Below are positions 51,311-60,822 of a DNA stretch of 64,000 bases, piece after piece. The stretch is from Mobula hypostoma (lineage: Eukaryota). The stretch's first letter is position 1. Every line of letters begins with the position of its first letter. The DNA is taken from assembly GCF_963921235.1 (NCBI RefSeq), contig NC_086117.1, forward strand, positions 32,984,001 through 33,048,000. The letters run 5' to 3'. The notes under the pieces are model-generated. The model had not been told where the DNA came from. It did not search any database and saw only the letters and a list, made by a program, of their open reading frames with translations. The position numbers were made by a program, and so were the translations under genes.

Positions 51311-52659
51311 TAACAATACCAACTCTACGTGCTGAATGGTATCTCAGTGTTGGAGTATATTAGCTTTTCTATGATATTTTTCAAAGTGCACGTTGCAGGT
51401 TGAAGTATATCTTCATCACAAATGATCAACAGGAAATTAAACTAGGACTGCTATCAACAATACAGTTCTCATTGGGAATCTTTAGAAATTACTGATTGCT
51501 GACTGCAGACATGTAATTTTCAAATCCTGATAAGCAGGTTCTGGGAATCCTGAAAAACAGCTAATGGTGAAGGACTTTGGCCCAAAACGTCAACTGCTTA
51601 TTCCTCTCCTGAGATGCTGCCTGATCTGCCGAGTTTCTTCAACATTTTTAATGTGTTACTCAGGCAATTTTCATCTCCTTTAATTGAATCCTGCTGGTGT
51701 TGTCTGAAATATTACTAACACTCCTATGTGTTCTCATGTACTAAAACTCATAGAATAAGTATTTCCAAGGCCTTGAATCCACTGCCTTTCTGCTCTGAGT
51801 ACCTCAGTACCATGAATCATCATCCATTACTGAGCGATAGGTCACACTGAATTCAGGTCAGAGCTGGAGAATCACCTACTCTTTAGGCTTTAGATTTATA
51901 GTAGTGGAAGAACCGCTGAGCTGGTTTTTCTATACCGAGGCTGTGATGCACATTGTAGTTGGAGATGACACGTATTGGACAACTCCTAAACTAACTACCC
52001 CTTAAGATCAACAAACAGAAGATACTGGAGGAACCCAGCAGGCCAGGCAGCATCTATAGAAAAGAGCACCGTCGACGTTTCGGACTGAAACTCTTTAGAT
52101 AGTTGTCAAGAAATTTATGCTAGTTTTCAAAGAAGAGCATTTGCACTCGCTAAGTATCTTTTGCTCTTTATATCCCATTTCATCACTGACTTGTCATATC
52201 TCTCATTGACTTTGTGGAATATAATTGACTACTAAATTTGTCTAAATTACTAGATTTGTAACTTAAAAAAAAGTATGTTATTCACTCTGATACTCCAACG
52301 ATCCAGAAAATTTAAATAGATAGTTTTATCTATAGTAAATGCAACAGAATAAGTTTGCAGCGAAATGGTGTTGTAGGTAGTGCAGTTGTCTCACAACTCT
52401 AGTGACTGGGTTCAACCTTGACCCGTCTGGTACTCTGCATGGAGTTAGTATGTTCTCTGTTACTGTCTGGTTTTTCCTAAATGGCACGTCTCCTCTGACA
52501 ACCCAAGGTAGGAGAAATGATCACCATAAATTGCCCCAAGGTTAAATATGTGGTGGGTGATTTGTGGTGGAGAACACCAGTGGCTCCCTCGCTAACATTG
52601 TTCCTGCGCCATGGCTTTCATGTACCATTGTTATCTTTTGAATGTATTTTTTTGATTTC

Positions 52660-53150
52660 CTGCATCTGCTCTCACCCACTCTCCTCAGGGAGAGAACAAA
52701 GATGGTCCTCACCTTCAAGCCCACATTCAAAAGATTATTTCGCATAATTTCCACCATCAGGTGCATCTCCTCTTAGGATTACACAGATATTCTTCACTTT
52801 GAGACTTCTGATTCACTCTTACCAACAACAATGGTTATTCATATCAACTATTGTTCTTTCTATTGCATCCATGGGCAATACAGTACTTTCCTCCGGCCTC
52901 TTCCTTTCACACCATCCTGGATCCACACTGCCCTTCCAGGTGAGGCACACTTCACTTGCACTTTATCCCATCTGGTGTGCTGCATTTGGTATTCACAATA
53001 TGGCTTCCTCTATGGTGGAATTCAGATTGGGCGGACACTTTGCAGAGTGCCTGTGCACACTTGGTTTGATTATTGTTTTAATGCCCCTATTTTTCCCTCT
53101 GAGAGAGGAAAACATGCCCAACCTGACCTTCTGAGCAGCTCTTCCTATTT
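52660..53150 (+). mobile_element. Old PLE fragment (linker and GIY-YIG)
   Basis: ccttccaggtgaggcacacttcacttgc..RLGGHFAECL. Confidence 0.65.
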
Positions 53151-53199
53151 CATAATTCCTTCAGTCTTTTTCCTATGTTTAGACTTTCCCCCTCACTGA

Positions 53200-54085
53200 C
53201 AATAAATACGGATGCACCTCAAGGATGGATGCTTAGCCTACCGCTCTACTGTCTTTTGTCTCATGACTTTGTGGCTATGCACAGCTCAAACAACATCTAT
53301 AAATTCGCCAGTCACACCATTATTGTTGGCAACATCTAAAATGTCAACAAAGAGGTGTACAAATGTGAGAAAGACTTGCTGATTGACTGATGACATAATG
53401 TCAACCTTGCATTCAAAATCAGAAAGACCAAAGAATTGATTGTGGATTTCAGGAAGGAAAGACAGGAAAACACACATTAGCCCTCATTGATGGGTCAACA
53501 GAGGAAAGGGTGAGAAGCTTCAACTTGGTGGGTGACAGCATTGTAGCGGATCTACCCTGGGCCTGATATATTGATGCAAACATGAAGAAGCCCCACCAGT
53601 GACAAAACTTCATTAGGAGTTTGAGGAGATTTGGTATGTCACCAAGGGCAGAAACTGTTCATCACCACCTGGTATGGAGGCTTTAATATGTAGAATTGAA
53701 AAAGGCTTAGAGTGTTGCAGACTCAACCAGTTCTATTAAGGTCACACATCTCTCCATCAGCTAGGGTACTTTCAAAAGCTGGTGCCTCAAGAAGGCAGCA
53801 TCCATCATTAAATACACCCTCCATCTGGGACATACCCCCTTTTCATGATTGCCATTAGGGAGGAGGTACAGAAGCCTGATGATGCACACTCAAAGTTTTA
53901 GGAATAACATCTTCCCTTCTTCTATCAGATTTCTGAATGGTCCATGAACTCTTGATCACTAACTCACTATTCCTCTTTTGTGGCATTTATTTATTTTACC
54001 TATTATTGTAACTTCTAGTATTTTTTGCTTTGCAGCACACTGCTACAACAAAACAACAAATTTCATGACATATGTCCATGAGATA
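53200..54085 (+). mobile_element. Rex1/Babar-type LINE RT-to-3' fragment
   Basis: PQGWMLSLPLYCLLSHDFVAMHSSNNIYKFASHTIIVG (consensus-like PQGCVLSPLLYSLYTHDC..KFADDT); KTKELIVDFRK. Confidence 0.85.
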
Positions 54086-54089
54086 ATCA

Positions 54090-54920
54090 GACATAGGAGC
54101 AGAACTATGCCATTTGGCCCATTGAGTTTGCTCCACCATTCTATCATGGCTGATTTATTATCCATTTCAACCCCATTCTCCTGCTTTCTCCCAGTAACGT
54201 TCGACACCCTTACTAATCAAGAACCCATCAACTTACACTTTAAATATACCCAATGATTTGGTCTCCTTCGTCATCTGTGGCAATGAATTTCATAGATTCA
54301 CCACCCTCTGGCTAATGAAATTCCTCCTCATCTCTGTTCTAAAGGGATGTCCTTCTATTCTGAGGCTGTGTCCTCTGGTCTTAGACACCCCAATATGGGA
54401 GATATTTTCTCCATGTCAAACTTTATCTTGGCCTTTCAATATTCGATAGGTTTCAATATGATCCATCCTCATGATTCTAATCTCTAGTGAGTACAGGTCC
54501 AGAATCATCAAATACTCCTCATACATTAACCCTTTCATTCCCAGAGTCATTCTCATAAACCTCCTCTGGACTCTCTGTGATGCTAGCACATCCTTTCTTA
54601 AAATAAGGAGCCTAAAACTGCTTACAATATTCTAAGTCTGACCAATGCCTTATAAAGCCTCAGCATTATATTTCTGTGTTTTTATTATAGTCTTCTCAAA
54701 ATTAATGCTAACATTGCATTTGCCTTCTTTACCACACTTCCATACGCTATAATCCTTCTTTCACTTATTTTCCCAGTCTCCTAATCTGTTTGTCCTTCTG
54801 CAGACTCCTACTTCCTCAACACTACCTGTCTCCCCACCTACCTTTGTATTGTTCACGAACTTGGCCATAAAGCCATCAATTCTGTCATCCAAATCATTGA
54901 CATATAATGTACAAAGAAGA
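54090..54920 (-). mobile_element. CR1 RT-to-3' fragment
   Basis: LYVNDLDDRIDGFMAKFVNNTKVGG; tail agacataggagcagaact. Confidence 0.9.
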
Positions 54921-57106
54921 AGTCTCAAATCATCAAAAATGGTGGCATGCACCAGGAGATTATCCAAATAGATTACACTATGACTCCACAAAATGTGAGC
55001 CAGCACCCTCTCCATCAGTCCTCGAATGTGGCCAGGGCAATACACAGACCTAACAGCTTTACCCAGAAATGCCACAAACCTTTACCAATGGTGAATGGAG
55101 TCTTGGGCCATGGATCTTGGGCCAGTTTGATCTGCCAGTAGCCACTGTAGAGATTGAGAGAGCTGAAACAGGCCAAACACATGATACAGTCCAGGGTATC
55201 ATCAATTCAGAGCGTGGCTAGGAGTTCTTCTCGGTCAAGGCCCTGAGACAGTGGTAGTCTACACAGAAATGCCACGGCCCGTCTTTCTTCCTGATCAACA
55301 CCGCTGGGGTTGCCCACAGGCTGTCAGAGTGCTCATTGATGCCAGCCGCTGCCATCTTTTTGATCCCCTGCTCTGCTGCTTGATATTTGGTGAGGGCCAG
55401 GTGACAGGGCTGCAGGAGGATGCGATGGACATCCCTGCTGTTAATGTGGTGTTGGACTAGCCCCATGCACCTGCAGTCCTCATCTCCAGCTGTGAAGATG
55501 CCAAGGTGCTGGTCCAAGAGGTCTTTCAGCATCTGCCGCTGGACCTGATCCAAGCCCTTGCTGCTCTGCTGCCACAGCTCTCGTACTGCCTGAGCAGTCT
55601 CACAGGAGGGCGCCACAGTAGTGCTGCCAAGGTGGTTGCTGATGACAGCAACCTGGAGTGCTGTGCTGGGGTGACCGGAGGTGGTTATGGCTGTGCCCGC
55701 CTGGTTTACTTCCTGGAGCTTCCCTGCTGGACAGCCATGAATTTAGCACCTAGGTAGTATGTTGTCCCTGGTACATCCACACGGGGTCCAGCGGGACAAA
55801 GGTCCAGGGCAATGATGCAGAAGTCCGAGATGTTGGCTAGCTACACCTCGTACTCTACTGTATTTCTCCCTACAGTGATGTGCAGCCACCTCTTCCCTCT
55901 CATCGCTGCACTGTGCCGGCGACCATAGCAAGCTGCACTGCAGACATTGTCCATGCGGGCAGTCCATGCTGGGGAAGACATTCGGACAGGTGATGGTGAT
56001 GGTTGACTCTATATCTACCAACGCACGGTATCTGATGCCCTCAGCACACAGTCCATGTATAAGCCTTGTTCTTCACCCAAGTAGCCCACTTGGAGGGGCA
56101 ACAATGGAAGGATTCTGCTGGAGGTCTCAAGTGGTGCTTCCCTCATAGCGCCGCCTGCTTGGCATTTCCCTATGGCCACGCTGGGCCTTGGCATGGTGCT
56201 GGTGCAGGGCACTTCCAGGCCACATGGCCTGCCTAGCCATACCGGTACCATGGATCGCTCAGTGGCATGCGGCAGGACCAGAGTGGCTCTGGTCAGGCCT
56301 GTCTCACAGGCTACTCCTCGTGAACTTCCTCCTGCACCTTGGTGACATGACCCCGGGCTCACAGCATGCTACCAGTATGGAATGCTTTGGGGCTAAAGTA
56401 GCTTATGCCTTTCCGCCGCAGTCAGTAATGATGGTGATGTCAGGTGAACATGCTGCTGAAGGCACTACGGCATCATTGCCTTTACAAAGGGATGGAGCGT
56501 AACCTCTTCCTGGGCCATGGGAGGGACTGGGGTAGCCTGCTGAGCACAGTGGTGGAGATCTGCTGCAAATACCTCCAGGTTTACTCCCACAGGCCGCCAC
56601 CTGCTGCCCAGTTCTTCCCTTGTTGCTTCCTCCAATGGCCTCTGCTTGAAACACCACTCCAGCGCCATTACGAGGGCCCTGTAGTCATGCTGTTCAGCCA
56701 GTGTTAGGTCAAAGAGGGCCGCAGTCCAGTGCCAGGGCAAGGTGCACTGCCATCTCAGTGGGGCTCCACCTGTTGTGCCAAGTTTGACTTGCGGCAGGTA
56801 AGGCTCAAGGTGGCTGGTACCATTGTATCTGGGGAGCTTCAGGCTGGACCTTGTGGTGTTAATTGCTGAGGCCTGTTGGTCTCCCTCCTGCTGTACTGCG
56901 TCCCCTGAGTTAGTAGCTTGTGAATGCCTGCTCCATTGGGGTTCTCCGCTCGGTTTCCAGGTCCTCCCTCCGGGTCCCACCCTCATTTGCCCGGCCTGCA
57001 GGTGTGAGGGGGCGGAGGGCATTCTGCTTGGTCCCTTGACTTATTCCCCGGGTCTTAAGGTGCACTATCTGACGTCATAGCTCTTCATTCTCATGGTCAA
57101 ATTCTA

Positions 57107-57124
57107 ATCCCACTTTTGACACCA
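57107..57124 (-). promoter_or_regulatory. Primer-binding site complementary to tRNA-Leu
   Basis: Plus strand atcccacttttgacacca versus the vertebrate tRNA-Leu(CAA) 3' end ATCCCACTTCTGACACCA (17/18), 1 nt from the LTR. Confidence 0.85.
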
Positions 57125-57125
57125 A

Positions 57126-57499
57126 TGTGGCAAGCATTTGCTCCATGATGACAGACGAGTAAGCTTGTTTCACACTGCGACAAACACAGAAACAGACTTG
57201 GTGCTAAGACCCAGGGAGAGAACCCACTCAGTCACATACAGATGGGGGAGAGAACCCACTCAGTCACACACAGATGGGGGAGGTGGTAATCACACACACC
57301 AGTTATAGTCAGGGTGACCCACAAACATACATGTGAGCAACTGTATAACCCAAGCTAGAACGTAACAATAAATGAACATGAGTATCCTTCCATAATTCCG
57401 TAAAAGCACTTTAACACAGGAACAATAAATAGTGCTGGTCATCACAAATGTTGGTGTGGGCTGCTGACCACAACACCGCTCCCCCCTTGGAGTGCCACA
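57126..57499 (-). mobile_element. Gypsy 5' LTR, 374 bp
   Basis: Terminal inverted repeat tgtggca..tgccaca; adjoins the PBS; internal 32-bp tandem repeat at about 57214-57281. Confidence 0.85.
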
Positions 57500-57679
57500 A
57501 TATTATTTTTGTATATGTCTAGTCTTCCACTTTTAAATGTTCCCCTTTCTTGAAGCTGCAGTCTTATATGTATGGGAGACATTGGTTGCAATGTGACGAT
57601 TTAGATAAAAGGGGGCAGACAAAGAAGGAAAGTAGAGAGGTAGTGGAAGAGAGAGTAAGTCCAGCAACAGTATTGCTTT

Positions 57680-58200
57680 CTTTGTACTCCTCTCACATTT
57701 CTTCCCTTGTAACTCTCCCCCTACCCTCTTCCTCCCCAACTCTTCTAACTACCATCCTTTTATTTCCTCCCTTCATCCCTCTCGTCACTCTACTTCCATC
57801 AGGTGTGCTCCCACACAGAGCTACTCTATCACTTGTCTCTCCCCAAAAACCCTCTCTCATTTTCTCTTCCCTGCCACTCTATTGTTCCTGTACAACCCAT
57901 GTGTTTTCTCCTTCTCATGATCCTCCTGCCTCCTTTTCACTTCCCCTGCTCCTCGTGCTCTTTGCTCTGCCTTTTCTCATTCTACAGCTCATCCCTCTAC
58001 CCCTCTCTATTCTCTCCTCTCCCTGTCTCAACTCCTCTCTCTTTGCCAAGCCTCCCTATTGTCTTCCCTCTCATCTGCATATTTCTTTCTCTCTCTTTCC
58101 GCTTTCTCAGCGACCTCCTTCCTTTTCAATCTTGCATTTCTCTTTCACCACCATTCTCTTCATTTTCTTTTACTTTTTGTTTCCTCTCTCTCTTTTTCTG
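57680..58200 (+). repeat. Polypyrimidine low-complexity tract
   Basis: About 500 bp dominated by C and T; explains the spurious 232-aa and 136-aa ORFs. Confidence 0.85.
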
Positions 58201-59184
58201 TCAAAGCGATTGAAAAGCTACCAAATGGTTAGGAATTCATCCAAGTGAGGATACTTTCATTTAAGCTCTGCAGCAAATATTTTTAATTGTGCAATTAAAC
58301 ATTTTAAAAAAATTTGTTTGCACTACTAAAATGATTATAAACTGGGCACGGGGTTGAGACCTGAAAAACTTTTGACCAGGATTGAACCTGGAAAATGTTC
58401 ACCTTGGGTTCATTGAGATAGAGGAAGACCTAATTAAATATGAGAAAGATGAGAAAGTTGCTTTTACTGCTATCAAAATACATAGGACAAATGATGGCAA
58501 TTTATTTTATAAGAGAAAACTTAATATTTGCATAGATTAGAAACTAATTCATATTGCAGTTTTTGAAGATAATGGGTTATGAGATATTTCAGCTTGTTAT
58601 GTGGGTTTCTTGTGGATGTACCAATTATATTCTTTGCAACCTGCAACAGATACCTGTATTCCCATGTTTTTACTACCCTTATCCTTGTTGCTTGAGATAA
58701 AGAATTTGAGATATACTGTTAGAGCAGCCTTGTTGAATAACTGAAGTGTACTTGGCACATGGCACACAATGCCTCCATATGTTGGTTGGAGAGGGAGTGA
58801 ATGTAAAGGAGAGTGGATAGGGTGCTGATTTGTTTTGTCCTGAGTGGTGCTGATTTTCTTCAGTGATGGTGGAGCTGCATTCATCCAGCAAGTGAATGGT
58901 AAATCCATCACAGTTCTACCTTCGGCTTTGTGGACATTTGAAGTATTCGATGACTCAGCTCAGGATCCCAAGCTTTTAAGTATATTGCAATGGTGTGGCT
59001 AGCTCATGTGACTGAGGATAAATTTCTACTCGGATTCAATGATGCTGACGGTAACATTGATTGCAACATAAGCAGATAAGAAGGAAAGAAGAGACACTGC
59101 CTAAGTGCCTACATCAGTTGGGAATTGGATAGACATGATGGGAAGTCATGTTGCAACAGCATTAAACTTTGCAAGTATTGTATG

Positions 59185-59400
59185 CAAACACAAGGAAATC
59201 TGCAGCTGCTGGAAATTCAAGCAACACACACAAAAAACACTGGTGAATGCAGCAGGACAGGCAGCATCTATAGGAAGAGGTATAGTCGAAGTTTGGGCCG
59301 AGACCCTTTGTCAGGACTCGGCCTGAAATGTCGACTGTACCTCTTCCTATAGATGCTGCCTGGCCTGCTGCATTCACCAGCGTTTTTTGTGTGTGTTGTT
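59185..59400. mobile_element. Head-to-head PLE terminal-repeat pair
   Basis: 9-bp TSD tattgtatg at 59176-59184 and 59401-59409; inversion junction at about 59315 inside the hammerhead motif. Confidence 0.88.
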
Positions 59401-59500
59401 TATTGTATGGAGTTCCCTTCACCCCAGAGGGTATGGAGGCTTTAGAGAGGGTGCAGAAGAGGTTCTCCAAGATGTTATCTGAATTAAACATTTTTATCCA

Positions 59501-60195
59501 TATAGCCCCCCTGGCCAACCTCAGGGTCGCTCGGCTCATTGTCGTCTAGGGAAACAGCCCTCGGCCCCGCCAAACTGGGTAATTAGTTTGTGTGGATGCT
59601 GTGTGATGTACCCCACCCCGCCCAAATAACAGACAATACACCAGGTACGATTAAATGACTTACAGTTTATAGATATTACTGGAACTATATAATTAATAGA
59701 GAATAAAATATAAAAGGAAAATAAAAGGCGCCACACTTACCAAATTTCAATCTCTTTGTGCACAAAACAGTTGGAGCTCAGGACCCTTCTTCTTCACCCT
59801 GCGACCCCTCGGACCACCTCGACCGGCCGCCTGGGACCAACAACGGTGGGTGACCAGATGCTCCACATGAGTCCGTCTCCTCTCCTTGCCAAATGTCCTC
59901 CCCAGGGTCCGACCCCGTTAGCGGACATCCCAGCACCTGGTCCATTCTCTGTCTCTCTCTCCTGCCTTCTGACCCAAAACCCCGCACATACAATATCTTA
60001 CAGATACACCAAAAGCATAACAACTATCGCAATTGGTTCATAACATCTTCTTATCAGTAATGTGATTCAACAAACTGCTAGCGGGAGGACTTTCTCAATA
60101 TTTAACATAACAAAGAAGCATTCCCAAGTATGACATAAGAAAGAAGCCATTTTAATTAGCCTACGCAGTAACATAAGAGACAAAACCACCTTACA
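59501..60195 (-). mobile_element. Solo LTR inserted in a CR1 fragment
   Basis: Reverse complement of 46191-46889; TSD-like tcca/ccca. Confidence 0.88.
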
Positions 60196-60239
60196 CCCAT
60201 AATGAGAGAATGACCAAACTTGGGACCAAAAGAATAAGG

Positions 60240-60800
60240 AAAAGCAAATTGGGGGGAGGAGAGTTGAAGACAGGTAAGAGGTTATGCAAGAAATAAATTC
60301 TGATGACATTGGATTACAGACTGCTAAACTAGAGTATGTGGTGTTGCTCCTCCAATCTGCATCAAGCCCAGTGTGGTTATAGAGAAGGTCATGGACAAAC
60401 GTGTGGGAATGGAGAGTAGAATTAAAATGGCTGGCCACTGAGAGATCCTGACTGTTACGGTGGACAGCTCAAAGGTTCTCTTAAAAGCAATCTCCCCAGT
60501 TTGTACTGGGTCTCACCAATGTAGAGGAAGCTGCACCAGGAACATCAGATACAATAAAGGATCCCAACAGATTCACATGTGAAGTGCTGTCTCACCTGGA
60601 AAGATTGTTTAGGAACACTCACAACGCGCTGGAGGAACTCAGCAAGTCAGTCAGCATCAGTTGAAAAGATTAGTCGACTTTTCGGGCCGAAACCCTTCGT
60701 CAGCACTGAAGGAAGAACTTTGGGGAGGGTTTGAAGAATGCTGGTAGTTGAAAAAAACAGTTATTTGGAACCAGAATGGTGGTGGGGGGGGGGGGGGCGA
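60240..60800 (-). mobile_element. Old PLE GIY-YIG fragment (60240-60612) and a younger PLE terminal repeat (60613-60800)
   Basis: PVASHFNSTLHSHT; hammerhead motif cagtg-CTGACGA-agggtttcggccc-GAAA-agtcgacta at 60671-60708. Confidence 0.8.
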
Positions 60801-60822
60801 GATGTATTGGGACAGCTGTAAT

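Larger units (their letters stand above)
54921..57499 (-). mobile_element. Decayed Gypsy/Ty3 LTR retrotransposon, 5' half (LTR, PBS, gag, protease, RT N-terminus)
   Basis: gag LKLPRYNGTSHLEPYL..DYRALVMALE; zinc-knuckle remnant GHVAWKC; protease remnant RALVDIESTITI; RT SLWATPAVLIRKKDGPWHFCVDY and IYLDNLLV. Confidence 0.9.

Noticed and set aside
57550-58248. 232-aa and 136-aa ORFs
   Set aside because: Artefacts of a C/T-rich tract that lacks stop codons; L/S/P/F-biased with no domain.
60779-60797. G-run or G-quadruplex
   Set aside because: A homopolymer expansion within a PLE terminal repeat; ordinary and possibly of uncertain length.
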